Shown piece by piece: positions 21,353-34,044 of a stretch of DNA of 64,000 bases. This DNA is from Deltaproteobacteria bacterium (GTDB lineage: Bacteria > Myxococcota_A > Polyangia > Polyangiales > Houyiibacteriaceae), in contig JAXMNT010000004.1 in the NCBI GenBank assembly GCA_034670305.1, forward strand, positions 128,001 through 192,000, read 5' to 3'. The notes under the pieces are model-generated. The model was not told where the DNA came from. It did no database searches and saw nothing but the letters and a program-made list of their open reading frames with translations. The position numbers and the translations under genes are program-made. The number at the start of each line of letters is the position of its first letter. Position 1 is the first letter of the stretch.

Positions 21353-21533
21353 CCCACCCCCTGTCGCGTGGCCACGCCAACGCCGGCCAAGCGTGCCAGA
21401 CCGGCCGTAGAAAATCTCCCTCTGGTTGAAACGTCCGGGTGTGCAGACTAGAACAAGTTCACGTGGGCCGACCGGCCTGCGTGGCCTCGGGTGGTGCTTT
21501 GGCCGACGTCTTTCTTGGGGTTGGAGTGGTGTG

Positions 21534-24500
21534 ATGAGGGGAACGACGAGGCGCAGCGCTGCGTGGCGCACGCTGATGGTGCTGGCGGTAGGAATCGCCG
21601 TGGGCTGCGGCGGGCCCGAGTTCGCCGATCCCACCGAAGAAGGCGACCGGCTCACGCTGGGTGGCCTGGTCTACATCATCCTGCACGACAACCTCGCGCA
21701 GGCCGAGACCTGCGGCCCCGATTACGCCAGCACCCTGGAGCTCGACCGCGACCGCTTCGTGCGGACCTTCGACCACACCATCAGCGAAGACATCGTCGAC
21801 GATCTACCCGAGCTGCTCGGCGGCACGCTCCTGCCGGTGGTCGACGACGGCAGCTTGCCGGAACTCACCGACGCGATCGCCGAAGCGATGGCGGTGATGA
21901 TCGACGACGAGCTGGACCCGGAGCGCACCACCCTCCGTTCCGCGCTGGAGATCAGCCAGACCCGGAGCGTGATCGAAGGCAGCCACGCGCTGGAGGCGAT
22001 GCGCCGGGTGCTCGCGGATCCGATGCTCCCCGACCGCATCCACGCGCTCGCCGAGCTCGCCGGTGAGTCCATCACCGCGGACCAAGACGTGGTCGGCGCG
22101 ATCCTCGCGCTGGCAGCCCGCAACCTGGAGAACGTCGGCGAAGAAGGCCCGTGCGGCGACCTCGAAGTCGAAGGCCTGGCCGACACCCTGCTCCGCGAAG
22201 AGGGGTACACCCCGGTCCGCGAGTACGGCGCACCCGCCTGGGTCGTGCGCGCGGACGACCACGGCAACCCGCGCCTCTTGGGCAGCATCTCCGCGCCCTT
22301 CGTCGACGCGGACCGCGACGGCAACGCCGACGTCGACGAACGCGGCTACCCCGTCGACGCGGCCGGCGTGCGGATCGAACGCGACGCGTTCGGAAGCGGC
22401 GATGGGTACGACGACGAAGGGCGCGCGGTACGCGCAGACGGCACGCTTCTCTACGAGTACGTCGACGTGAAACAGACCACGCTCGGACACGTGCTGCAGA
22501 TGGGACGCCGCGCGCTCGACGCGGACGTGCACCGCGACTTCATCGTGGTGGCCGAAGCGGTCCTCGGCGACACCCGCGCGTGCACCGCCGCCGAAGCGGA
22601 CGGTGACCCGATCGGCTGCGTCACCTTTCCCGACGAAGACAACCCGGCCGCGGACGCCGTGTTCGTCTTGATGGAGATGCTTCGGGACCCCCGCGCCAAA
22701 GGGCTCATCGGCACGCTCGCCCAGCTGCTCCAGGACGAACCCGAGCTGGCCGAAGAGCTGCTGGTGGAGCTCGGCAAAGTGGTCGCCGCGTTCGAAGCGA
22801 GCGAGCTCTCCATCACGGACCGCAGCCTCATCGAGACCGCGATCGCAGTGCTTCCGCTCCTCGACCGGACCTTCGAAGCGGATGCGGACGGAGAGTCGAC
22901 CGGGCACCTCTTGCTCGATGTCGTGCACGAGCTCGGCGCCGAAGAACGCCGGCACCCGGTCAGCACGCAGATCGGCTGGATCGTGGACTACGCGCAGCTC
23001 TCGAAAGACCCGGCGTGTTCCGAAGAAGCGCCGGACTTCGCGATGAGTGTGCCCGTCGACTACGACCGGCCGCGCTACTACACGAGCGGCGGCACCGCCG
23101 TCGACAACCGCTCCGCGCTGGAGCAGGTCATCGAACTGCTCGACATCGCGAACTGCGGCGAGGTGCCCTTCTCGGGCGGCAAGACCGTCGCCTACGTCGC
23201 GCTCGATCTGCTCGCCGATCGCGACCCGAGCGAGGTCTGCTCGCTCATCGACGTGTTGCTCGGCGTCATGGACGTCGGCGGCGGTGCGAGCGACTTCCTG
23301 GTGGGCGGCGCGCTCGATCTCATCGGCTGCGACGGAGACCGCGTCGTGCCGGCGCTTCGGTCGCTCGATGCCCTCGCCCAGAGCGGCGCACTCGACTGGC
23401 TCTTGCCCGTCGCGAAGATCTTCAAGGAACGCGGCCAGCTCGATCTCTTGATCGAGATCCTGACCTTCGTGGCCGAAGACCTGCGGCTCGACGAAGACGG
23501 CGACCCGGGCACCAACAGCATCGTGCGGCGCGCGTTGCCGCCGCTCTCGGACTTGCTCGAGAGCGACGCCCCCGACGTGCTCTGGCAGCTGCTCGATCGC
23601 ATGCAGACGATCCCGGCGCGTGGCGACGTCGGCGGCGACGGCACCATGGCCGACGCGTTGGTCGATGCGATCTCGCTCGCCGTCGAAGAAGGCACCGTGC
23701 AGACCCGTGGCGGTCCGGTGGCGGAGACGTCGCTCGGCCGCGAGCTGCTCTTGCCGGTGCGCGACATCACCGACCGGCTGCGGACCGGCCGCGCGCGCGA
23801 CGAGTTCGACCGCCTGCTCGACTACGTCACGAGCGGACTGACCGAGACCACCACCGAAGGCGGGCGCGAAGTGCTCGCGAACCGGAACCTCCTGCCGCTC
23901 GGCGCGGAGCTGCTCGACGTCGCCGATCGGGTGCTCGACCAACCGCCCGCGCGCTACGCGTGCTGGGTCGGCGAAGCGCAGGATGGCGCGGTGTCCCTCG
24001 TGACGGGTCGTGAGCTCGCGACCCTCGTACGCATCGCGGACCGGCTGGAGCGATCATCCGACGGACAGGTCGCCGAAGACTGGATCGTCGAGATGATCAC
24101 CCCCCGTCCGGCCGCCCCGGACCACGAACTCTACGGACCGCTGCTCCAGGTCATCGGCGGTGCCGCGGGAAGCAACGTCGACACTGATCAGTTCGGCCCG
24201 CTCCTGCGCTGGCTGGGAGACGTGGCGCGGCAGCGCACCGAAGACGGCGGGGAGCTGCTCGCGTCGATGGACCGGCTGCTCCAGAGCGACGAAGACCGCG
24301 TGATGCTCGGCATCGCGGAGAACTTCCTCACCCCCTACGACTGGACCGAAGAGAACCCGGCGCAGGCGGAGACCCCCATCGAGAGCTACAGCGACATCGC
24401 GGGCTCCGTGACCGACGTGACCCCGGTCGACGCGGGACCCATGTGCACCGTCGATCCGGACCTCCGGCTCTCCCTGGAAGACGCGGAAGAGACCCTCGGC

Positions 24501-24602
24501 GGCATCGTCGACTTCCTGCAGGACGCGGAGACCGGCATGGGGGCCATCTGGGCCCTCATCGGCCAGCGACGCGACGGACCCGCCGCCCGGGCCGGCGACT
24601 AG
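21534..24602 (+). CDS. Large acidic helical lipoprotein, hypothetical
   Basis: Lipobox AVGC; DADRDGNADVD Ca-binding-like loop; about 1020 aa. Confidence 0.75.
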   Translation: MRGTTRRSAAWRTLMVLAVGIAVGCGGPEFADPTEEGDRLTLGGLVYIILHDNLAQAETCGPDYASTLELDRDRFVRTFDHTISEDIVDDLPELLGGTLLPVVDDGSLPELTDAIAEAMAVMIDDELDPERTTLRSALEISQTRSVIEGSHALEAMRRVLADPMLPDRIHALAELAGESITADQDVVGAILALAARNLENVGEEGPCGDLEVEGLADTLLREEGYTPVREYGAPAWVVRADDHGNPRLLGSISAPFVDADRDGNADVDERGYPVDAAGVRIERDAFGSGDGYDDEGRAVRADGTLLYEYVDVKQTTLGHVLQMGRRALDADVHRDFIVVAEAVLGDTRACTAAEADGDPIGCVTFPDEDNPAADAVFVLMEMLRDPRAKGLIGTLAQLLQDEPELAEELLVELGKVVAAFEASELSITDRSLIETAIAVLPLLDRTFEADADGESTGHLLLDVVHELGAEERRHPVSTQIGWIVDYAQLSKDPACSEEAPDFAMSVPVDYDRPRYYTSGGTAVDNRSALEQVIELLDIANCGEVPFSGGKTVAYVALDLLADRDPSEVCSLIDVLLGVMDVGGGASDFLVGGALDLIGCDGDRVVPALRSLDALAQSGALDWLLPVAKIFKERGQLDLLIEILTFVAEDLRLDEDGDPGTNSIVRRALPPLSDLLESDAPDVLWQLLDRMQTIPARGDVGGDGTMADALVDAISLAVEEGTVQTRGGPVAETSLGRELLLPVRDITDRLRTGRARDEFDRLLDYVTSGLTETTTEGGREVLANRNLLPLGAELLDVADRVLDQPPARYACWVGEAQDGAVSLVTGRELATLVRIADRLERSSDGQVAEDWIVEMITPRPAAPDHELYGPLLQVIGGAAGSNVDTDQFGPLLRWLGDVARQRTEDGGELLASMDRLLQSDEDRVMLGIAENFLTPYDWTEENPAQAETPIESYSDIAGSVTDVTPVDAGPMCTVDPDLRLSLEDAEETLGGIVDFLQDAETGMGAIWALIGQRRDGPAARAGD

Positions 24603-24619
24603 ACCCACCCACCAAGACG

Positions 24620-25981
24620 ATGCGCATGTACCGCTCCTTCACCGCGCGCCGGCTCGCGTGTCTCCTCGTTTGTCTGTTCGGCGTGCCTTCGCTGGCTGCT
24701 GCCAACACGCCGGAAGACGTGCAAGGCATCGGCGCACGCACCAACGCCATGGGTGGCGCCGGCACCGCGCTCGCGACGGACTTCGGCGCGACCTACTACG
24801 CGCCCGCCAACCTCGCGTACTGCGAGAACAGCGGGCTGAGCATCGACGTGCGCCACACCCACTACGAGCTCGAGACGCGCGACACCCAGCCGGGCGATCC
24901 GGAGCCCGAAGAGCTGCGCGACCAGACCCGCCTCACCGCCGGTTTCTGCAACCTGCTGCCGTACAACTTCAGCTTCGGTCTCATCTTCGGGCTCGGGCTG
25001 CAGAACCCGATGACGCTCGACCAGACCACCCTGAACGAGAAGCCGCAGTTCGCCTTGTACGGCGAAGCACTCGAGCAGCTGACCATCGGTCTCGGCCTCG
25101 GGCTGCGCATCGTGCCGGAGTTCAGCCTCGGGCTCGGCGTGAGCATCCTCGTGCGCAGCAACCTCGTCGTCGACGTCGGCATTCCGGTGGTCGACGACTC
25201 GGACGTCTCCGCGTCGCTGCACTGGGACCTCGGCCTCGCGGCGAGTCTGATCGTAAGCGCACACGCGGAGCCGGTTCCGGGGCTGCACTTCGCCGCGACG
25301 TACCGGAGCGCGCTCTTTCACGATCTGGACGCGCCCATCGACGCCGAGATCGAAGTCGCGGGCGTCTTCCTCGACGTCGAGATCTTGCTCGAGTCCGCCG
25401 CTTGGTACTCGCCTCAATCCTTCGCCATCGGGGCGGCCTGGGACCCGGTGAAGACCTTGACCGTCGCGTTCGACCTCACTTGGCACGACTGGTCCGCGCA
25501 CCCCGGCCCGTTCTTGATCATGTCGCCGATCGGCGACGACGGAGTCAGCGCGTCGCTGCGCTACCCACCGCGCGAGAACCAGGGTTTCAAAGACATCTGG
25601 GTGCCGAAACTCGGCGCCGAGTACCGCATCCGCGACGGCCACGTCGCGTTCCGGGCCGGCTACGCGTTCCGTCCCTCCATCTTGCCGCCCCCCTCGGGCG
25701 CACCGAACGACACCCAGATCGCGAACCTGCTCGACGCGAACGTGCACTCCATCTCACTCGGCGGCGGCTACTTCTTCGGCGACCGCCCCCACGAGTTCGA
25801 AGGCGAACCAGCGAACCCGTACGTGCGCGGCGCCAACGGCAGCATCGATCTCTACGTCCGCATCCACCACATGACGACGACCCACGTGCAACGCGCCGAC
25901 CCAACCACCGTGCTCGGCGCGTACAGTTACGGAGGCAACGTGGTGGACATCGGCCTTCAGTTCTCCCTCGGCTGGTTCTGA
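24620..25981 (+). CDS. FadL/OmpP1/TodX-family outer membrane transporter
   Basis: Signal peptide, GARTNAMGGAGTA..D..ATYY.PA.L plug motif, C-terminal Phe. Confidence 0.85.
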   Translation: MRMYRSFTARRLACLLVCLFGVPSLAAANTPEDVQGIGARTNAMGGAGTALATDFGATYYAPANLAYCENSGLSIDVRHTHYELETRDTQPGDPEPEELRDQTRLTAGFCNLLPYNFSFGLIFGLGLQNPMTLDQTTLNEKPQFALYGEALEQLTIGLGLGLRIVPEFSLGLGVSILVRSNLVVDVGIPVVDDSDVSASLHWDLGLAASLIVSAHAEPVPGLHFAATYRSALFHDLDAPIDAEIEVAGVFLDVEILLESAAWYSPQSFAIGAAWDPVKTLTVAFDLTWHDWSAHPGPFLIMSPIGDDGVSASLRYPPRENQGFKDIWVPKLGAEYRIRDGHVAFRAGYAFRPSILPPPSGAPNDTQIANLLDANVHSISLGGGYFFGDRPHEFEGEPANPYVRGANGSIDLYVRIHHMTTTHVQRADPTTVLGAYSYGGNVVDIGLQFSLGWF

Positions 25982-25993
25982 AGGCCCGAAGGG

Positions 25994-26412
<419 letters not shown>

Positions 26413-26427
26413 TCCCGAGCCCGCCGC

Positions 26428-27933
<1,506 letters not shown>

Positions 27934-28056
27934 AGCGCCGAGCATAGCGCCCGCGTCTTCGACCGCATCGAGAATCACAGACACGTTTCCCTCGAACCCA
28001 GGCGCCTGGTCGCGGGAGCGTATGCGTGGAAACGAGTTGCTGCTAAACCAGCGCGC

Positions 28057-29322
28057 ATGACGACCCTGCCCGGCTCCGAAGCCCCCCTCGCCGACATCGA
28101 CCCGACCATCGCTGGGCTCATCCAGAAGGAGTCGAAGCGCCAGCATCGGACCTTCCGGCTCATCCCGAGCGAGAACTACGCGTACCCCGCGGTGATGGAA
28201 GCCTGCGGCTCGGTGCTGAACAACAAGTACTCCGAGGGGTACGCCGGGCGCCGGTATTACGAGGGCCAAGAAGTCATCGACGAGGTCGAGTCGCTCGCCA
28301 TCGAACGGCTCAAGACCCTCTTCGGCTGCGACCACGCGAACGTGCAGTGCTACTCCGGCAGCCCCGCCAACCTCGCGGTGTACCTCGCGTTCTGTCAGCC
28401 GGGCGACACCATCCTCGGCATGGGCCTGCCGAGCGGCGGACACCTCACCCACGGCTGGGGCGTGAGCATCACCGGCAAGTACTTCAACGCCGTCCAGTAT
28501 GGCGTGCGCAAAGACGACCACCGCATCGACATGGACGAGGTCGCGGCGCTCGCGAAGGAGCACAAGCCGAAGCTCATCTTCTGCGGCGCCACCGCTTACC
28601 CCCGCGCGATCGACTTCGCTGCGTTCGCGGAGATCGCGGCGTCGGTCGACGCGGTGCTCGTCGCCGACATGGCCCACATCTCCGGCCTCGTCGCCGGCGG
28701 TGCGCACAGCTCCCCGGTCGGCCACGCGGGCGTCGTGACCAGCACCACCCACAAGACCTTCCGCGGCCCGCGCGGCGGCATGATCCTCTGCGACGCCGCC
28801 CACAAGAAGGCCATCGACCGCGCCGTCTTTCCGGGCCTGCAGGGCGGACCGCACAACGGCACCACCGCCGGCATCGCCATCGCCGCCGAGCTCGCCGGCA
28901 CCGACGACTTCCGGGCCTATGCGGCCAACATCGTGAAGAACGCCCAGACCCTTGGCGAGACGCTCATGGAGCGCGGCATCGATCTCATCACCGGCGGCAC
29001 CGACAACCACCTCTTGCTCGCGGACCTGACCAGCAAAGAAGTGCCCGGCAAGGTCGCCGCGAAGGCGCTCGATCGCGCAGGCATCGTCTGCAACTACAAC
29101 TCGATCCCCTTCGACCCGCGCAAGCCCTTCGACCCGAGCGGCATCCGGCTCGGCACGCCTGCGGTGACCGCGCGCGCGATGGGCGAACAAGAGATGAAGG
29201 CGCTCGGCAACTGGATGGCGGACGTCATCGAAGCGCCGACCGACGAAGCGCTGCAAGCCCGCATCGCCAGCGACGTCGCCAACCTCTGCGACCGCTTCCC
29301 CGCCCCAGGGGTGATTGGCTAA
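28057..29322 (+). CDS. glyA: Serine hydroxymethyltransferase
   Basis: SENY, KYSEGYAGRRYY, GGHLTHG, DMAH, TTHKT, QGGPH. Confidence 0.98.
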   Translation: MTTLPGSEAPLADIDPTIAGLIQKESKRQHRTFRLIPSENYAYPAVMEACGSVLNNKYSEGYAGRRYYEGQEVIDEVESLAIERLKTLFGCDHANVQCYSGSPANLAVYLAFCQPGDTILGMGLPSGGHLTHGWGVSITGKYFNAVQYGVRKDDHRIDMDEVAALAKEHKPKLIFCGATAYPRAIDFAAFAEIAASVDAVLVADMAHISGLVAGGAHSSPVGHAGVVTSTTHKTFRGPRGGMILCDAAHKKAIDRAVFPGLQGGPHNGTTAGIAIAAELAGTDDFRAYAANIVKNAQTLGETLMERGIDLITGGTDNHLLLADLTSKEVPGKVAAKALDRAGIVCNYNSIPFDPRKPFDPSGIRLGTPAVTARAMGEQEMKALGNWMADVIEAPTDEALQARIASDVANLCDRFPAPGVIG

Positions 29323-29350
29323 ACAACACGGGCGGCCGTAGACTGAGGCG

Positions 29351-30025
29351 ATGGGTGCGGTTGCTGTTCATTGGACGCCGCTCACGCGGACTCGGGCGCG
29401 TACGGTGCTCGGCTGCGTGAAGCGGGTGCTCGCGGATTCGAACCGCACCCTCGACATCGTCACGGCCGAAGAGATCACCGGGCAAGCGCAGCTCGCCCAT
29501 CTGCTCGCGGAGGGCGTCTTCGACACCGACGAAGGCCGCGCGCTGATGGCCACCCGGCCGCACCTCGCCGACGTCGACATGGACGAGATGCGCGCGCTGC
29601 CCCTCGGCAGCCTCGGCCGCGCGTGGGTGGACTTCCTCGACAACCACAACCTCTCGATCGAACTCACCAAACAGCCGACGCCCTACACGGAAGACCCCGA
29701 CTCGGCCTACGTCCTGCACCGCATCCGCCAGAGCCACGATCTCTGGCACGTGCTGCTCGGCCTCGGCGTGCGCGGACACGAAGAGGTGCTGGTGCACGCG
29801 TTCTCGCTCGCCCAGACCGGCCTACCCGCATCGATCGCGATCATCTTCTTCGGCGCGCTCAAACACATGGTCGGCGAACGCCGCTGGTCGGTGCTCCGAC
29901 ACGACGTGCGCCGCGCGTACGAACGCGGCCGGCACGCGAAGCCGTTGCTGGCGGTGCATTGGGAGACGCACATGCATCGCGGGCTCGACGAGGTGCGGGC
30001 CGCGTACGGCGTCGAACCGATCTAG
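29351..30025 (+). CDS. Coq4-family protein
   Basis: LPLGSLGR and HDLWH...EE (HDxxH) motifs. Confidence 0.8.
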   Translation: MGAVAVHWTPLTRTRARTVLGCVKRVLADSNRTLDIVTAEEITGQAQLAHLLAEGVFDTDEGRALMATRPHLADVDMDEMRALPLGSLGRAWVDFLDNHNLSIELTKQPTPYTEDPDSAYVLHRIRQSHDLWHVLLGLGVRGHEEVLVHAFSLAQTGLPASIAIIFFGALKHMVGERRWSVLRHDVRRAYERGRHAKPLLAVHWETHMHRGLDEVRAAYGVEPI

Positions 30026-30061
30026 CCGCGGCCGGGCGCGTGCAGTCGATCGAGCGCCCAC

Positions 30062-30316
30062 CCGAAGCCCAGGCCCACGACGCCGAACCCGAAGCAGAAG
30101 CAGAAGCAGAAGCAGCAGCAGAAGCAGAAGCAGACGGCGACGCCGAAGCAGACGCCGAAGGCGACGCCGAAGCCGACGCCGAAGCCGAACCCGAAGCAGA
30201 AGCCGACGCCGACGCCGAAGCCGACGCCGAAGCCGAATCCGAAGCCGAAGCAGAAGCCGAACCCGAAGCCGAACCCGAAGCCGACGCCGACGCCGACGCC
30301 GAGGCCGACGCCGACC
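30062..30316. repeat. Hexamer mosaic tract
   Basis: (GAAGCC/GAAGCA/GACGCC/GAACCC)n. Confidence 0.95.
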
Positions 30317-30341
30317 GGGTGCACGCCGAGGGTTGGGTGGT

Positions 30342-32447
30342 CTAGCGCAGAACCGTCAGCGCTCGGGTGAGGCGGGCGACGGTGTGGGCGAGGGGGCGGG
30401 CTGGACGCACGCCGGCCCACAGGCGGACTTCGAACGTCTTGGCGGCACGGGCGAGTTGGGTGAGCGCTTCGTGGGGGTCTTCCGTGTCCAGCTCAGCTCG
30501 GACGGAGCGATGGGACTTCGAGAGTTGGAACGGCAGCGGCGTGCCGCTCGTTTGACCGAGCGCGCGCGTCACGTCGTCCTGCTCGACCGGAGGTTTCCGG
30601 TAGTCGCGGTAGAACATGCCGTGTACGCGGACCGGTGCGCGCGGAAGCCAGACCGCGGTACCGCCGGCTTCTTGAACCCGGAGTCCGAGACGGGTGCGGG
30701 GTCGGGCGAGGTCGACGAGCACGCAGTTGCCGGCGTGGCTGGATTTGCGCGGGTGCTTCATCGAGGCGTGGAACGAGCGCGCGCGGTCGACGTCCGCGAA
30801 CCACAGCGCGAGGTAGCCGCGCGCGTCGGGGTCACCCGGCCCGCCTCCCACCGACGACTTGAGGGTGTCGACCAGCCGGTCTTCGTCCTCGTGTCCGAGC
30901 AGTTCGGCGACCAGCGGATGACCCGCGTCCGAGGCGACCGATTGCGCGGACGCGAGCACCTCGGTCCAGTCGGACTTCTTGTCGGCGGCGGTTGCGAAGA
31001 GCGTGTCGCCGTGCCGCTGCACCGACTTGGCGAACGCCGTCTGGAAGAGCGCGTCGCCGATCGCCTTGTCGCCACCCGCGCCGCCGATCGCGAACACGAG
31101 CTCGGCCGAGTGGTGGATGTGGACGGCGCTGTGCACGACGAGGCCGCCGTTCTTCCAGACGACTTCGCGCAGGCCCGGCAACGCGTCGTACGCATCGTAG
31201 CCGGTGGCGAGCAGCGTGGATCCGACCGCGCGCACCTGGACGTTGTCGCCTTCGCGATCGGGTTTCACGCCGTGCTCGGCGAAGAACCCGCGCAACACCG
31301 GGTTCTCGTGCGAGCTGCCGCCCGCGTCGATTAGTGCGTCGGCGATCGTCGTGGGCACGGCCGGGTCGTCGAATCGCGCGACCATCACCGTGTCGCCGCT
31401 GTTGTTGCTCGAGAACCCGGCGTAGAGCCGAACGCCATCGCTCAACCCAGAACCCTCGAACGGTCGCGCGCATCCCTTCACGTGGGCGGCAGCGCCGGAG
31501 TCGAAGTCGAAGTCGCGGTACTGCGCGAGCAAGTCGGCCGCGCCATCGAACGAACGGCGCGTTTGGTGGAAGGAACACGGGCGGAACGTCCGGTCCGGAT
31601 CGACGACGACGAAGTCGTCCCCCGCGCCGCACGCGTCGTTGGCGGTGCCATGAAAGAGACGCGGCGTGTTCGGAAGCTGGTCCGCGAAACAGTGGCTGAG
31701 TCGAATCGAGACGGGGCTGCGCGCGATGACGGACTCCAGCGCATCGAACCCATCGGCGCTTAGATGAAGTGGTTGGTCGCCGAGGTAGCGGAGCAGCGCG
31801 ACGTTGTCGCAGCCGAGTTCCGCGAGCTGCGCGAGCAAGGCCGGCAACGCATCGAGCGTCTCTGGGCGCACGACGATGTTCGCCGCGGTGCGAATGCCCG
31901 CCGCGACCAACATCGCAACGGCTTCGCCCCACGGCTCGTCTTCGTAGATCGAGACCCGTGCTTCGCCGAGCGAACCGGACAGCGCTTCTGCGATGGCCGG
32001 CGTGACCAACGTGCCGTTGGTCGTGACGTGGACCGCGAGCGGCGTCTCGGCCGCGAGCCGCCCTACGAGATCCGCAAACCCCGCGTACGCGAGCGGTTCG
32101 CCCCCACCGAACGCCACCTCGAGCGTGCCCGCATCGGCCAAGTCGCGAAGCAGCTCAAACGCCTCGTCCGCGTCCCACCGATCGGTGATCTCCGCGTCCC
32201 GCGAACAAAAATGACAGCGCAGATTGCAGGCGTGCGAGAGCCCGAACAGCACCACCCGCGGCGCCCGCCGCCGAAGCCCGCGGGTCGAAGGCGCATCGAA
32301 CCGAATCGAACGCCCCGTCGACGGCTGAAAGTAGAGAAGCGCCCCATCGAGCGCATGCGACCGAAACGCAGTGCTGTCTGGCTGAAACGCAGTGCTGTCT
32401 CGTCGAAACTCAGCCCGGTCCATCGTAGTGGTTGGAGGTTCCCCCAT
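30342..32447 (-). CDS. Radical SAM protein with twitch-like region and long C-terminal extension
   Basis: [21 protein letters not shown]...PC; start could be 32447 or 32423. Confidence 0.9.
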   Translation of the reverse strand: MGEPPTTTMDRAEFRRDSTAFQPDSTAFRSHALDGALLYFQPSTGRSIRFDAPSTRGLRRRAPRVVLFGLSHACNLRCHFCSRDAEITDRWDADEAFELLRDLADAGTLEVAFGGGEPLAYAGFADLVGRLAAETPLAVHVTTNGTLVTPAIAEALSGSLGEARVSIYEDEPWGEAVAMLVAAGIRTAANIVVRPETLDALPALLAQLAELGCDNVALLRYLGDQPLHLSADGFDALESVIARSPVSIRLSHCFADQLPNTPRLFHGTANDACGAGDDFVVVDPDRTFRPCSFHQTRRSFDGAADLLAQYRDFDFDSGAAAHVKGCARPFEGSGLSDGVRLYAGFSSNNSGDTVMVARFDDPAVPTTIADALIDAGGSSHENPVLRGFFAEHGVKPDREGDNVQVRAVGSTLLATGYDAYDALPGLREVVWKNGGLVVHSAVHIHHSAELVFAIGGAGGDKAIGDALFQTAFAKSVQRHGDTLFATAADKKSDWTEVLASAQSVASDAGHPLVAELLGHEDEDRLVDTLKSSVGGGPGDPDARGYLALWFADVDRARSFHASMKHPRKSSHAGNCVLVDLARPRTRLGLRVQEAGGTAVWLPRAPVRVHGMFYRDYRKPPVEQDDVTRALGQTSGTPLPFQLSKSHRSVRAELDTEDPHEALTQLARAAKTFEVRLWAGVRPARPLAHTVARLTRALTVLR

Positions 32448-32491
32448 GGTCCGCCCCGAGTAACCACCCAGCGCCCGAAGTCCACAAAGAA

Positions 32492-32660
32492 CCCTTGCCC
32501 CTGCCCTTGCCCCTGCCCTTGCCCTTCGGATGAAGCGGAGTCGGCATCGGCTTTGGCATCGGGCATCGGGCATCGGGCATCGGGCATCGGCTTCGGCATC
32601 GGCTTCGGCATCGGCTTCGGCTTCGGCTTCGGCTTCGGCATCGGCTTCGGCATCGGCTTC
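32492..32660. repeat. Hexamer/heptamer mosaic tract
   Basis: (GCCC[C/T]T)n, then (GGCATCG)5 at 32555-32589, then (TCGGC[A/T])n. Confidence 0.95.
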
Positions 32661-32871
32661 AACCCTGTTCTTCGCCGCAAAAGCTCGTGGGCTCGCATCT
32701 CTCTTGCCGGCCTGGAGTCACGGTGGAGGTCCGAGTTCGTTTCGGGAGAGTTCGTAAGAGTTCCGGGGAGTGCGGGGGAGTTCTCACAAGGCCGCTGGAT
32801 GTCGCTTTGTCCTTTTGCATCGGCCCCGGTCTTCCGCGGGTCGCGCTGACATGGCACGCTGGCTACTCTGA

Positions 32872-34044
32872 TTGACCACAGGCGTGTTCAAGAACCAGGG
32901 AGTGACAGTGCTGGCCAGAGCCCATGAACGCTTCGAGAGATACGTAGGCACTTCTTCCAAAGGAGAGAAGCCATCGCCTGAACAGACGCACTCGATGGGG
33001 GCGAAGATCTCGGAACTCGGCCGCTCCACTTGGTGCCCCGAGACCCACGCGAAACTCGCTCAGATGTGCATCGACATGCTCCCGGCGGAACCGGTGGCGT
33101 CGCCTTCAACCTGGTTTCCCCTGAACTCGGCGAGCAATGCGGGACGCGATGTAGACTCAGCCCTTCACGTGAAGCCTCTGCTCGATATGTTCGAGCAGGT
33201 GGCGTCCAACCTGACGCACCAGCAAATCGAGTTTCTGAGGTCTACCCTCCTTCCCCACAGTCGAGGTCCGGCGACCGAGTGGGTCCGAAGCCACCCACTG
33301 AACTCGCCTGAACTACGTGAGTTGTACGACCCGCCGGAGGGCACCTCAGGCACAGCGTCCGCCGCTCCAGCGTCTCCGACCCTGCTGCCGTGCGCCCCCC
33401 TGTCTGGCGTGCCCGCCGAACTGAGCAGCTGGGAAGCCGCTGGCCAGGACCGAGCGTGGGATGAGCTGGTGCGTGCGCGCGGGGACGAACGCGAGGACAT
33501 CGCCCCGTGGCGTCTGGCGACTGCGGCCCGTCGATGCCTCGAAGCTCGGACACTGCCGTCCGCTCAGTGCCTGGCGCTGCACGCGGATTGGTCCACGCCC
33601 GCGAGTCTGAACTGGCTCTTTGACGAGGGCCGCCACCACTTCTCGGGTGCGCCCTTGCACGCGTCCAGGGTGTCGAGGATGTGGGCATCGCTCCTCCTCT
33701 ACAAACCGTCGGTCTGGGCGCCGGTCGACGGCACGCCCTGGGCGGCGCGGAACGTGGACACCGGGGTGGAACTCGCAGGCGAGTCTTGGACCTGCTCGCT
33801 GGACGGCGAACCGGTGCGTGCTGGCTACTTGACCCTACCCACCGCCGCCGGTGTGCAGTGGGGGGTGGACAACTATGGCTCCGCCCGCCTGCCCCACCTG
33901 CCCGCACGATTGGAGCTGCGGGCAGGCAACTTCTTCTCAGGGGTGCTTCCTGGTTTGCGACCCACGGACCTCGAGGACGAACGCGGCAAGCCACTCTCGT
34001 GTTTGGCAACGGGTGCGGTGCGGATGCTGGTGGTCGCGTCGTGA
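32872..34044 (+). CDS. Hypothetical protein (atypical composition)
   Basis: Long ORF coupled to the next by GTGA; start uncertain (GTG 32908 has GGGAG upstream). Confidence 0.6.
   Translation: MTTGVFKNQGVTVLARAHERFERYVGTSSKGEKPSPEQTHSMGAKISELGRSTWCPETHAKLAQMCIDMLPAEPVASPSTWFPLNSASNAGRDVDSALHVKPLLDMFEQVASNLTHQQIEFLRSTLLPHSRGPATEWVRSHPLNSPELRELYDPPEGTSGTASAAPASPTLLPCAPLSGVPAELSSWEAAGQDRAWDELVRARGDEREDIAPWRLATAARRCLEARTLPSAQCLALHADWSTPASLNWLFDEGRHHFSGAPLHASRVSRMWASLLLYKPSVWAPVDGTPWAARNVDTGVELAGESWTCSLDGEPVRAGYLTLPTAAGVQWGVDNYGSARLPHLPARLELRAGNFFSGVLPGLRPTDLEDERGKPLSCLATGAVRMLVVAS

Noticed and set aside
32363-32400. 21-bp-period duplication (DSTAF twice) at the radical SAM N-terminus
   Set aside because: Two copies only, in a probably unstructured leader; no sign of function.
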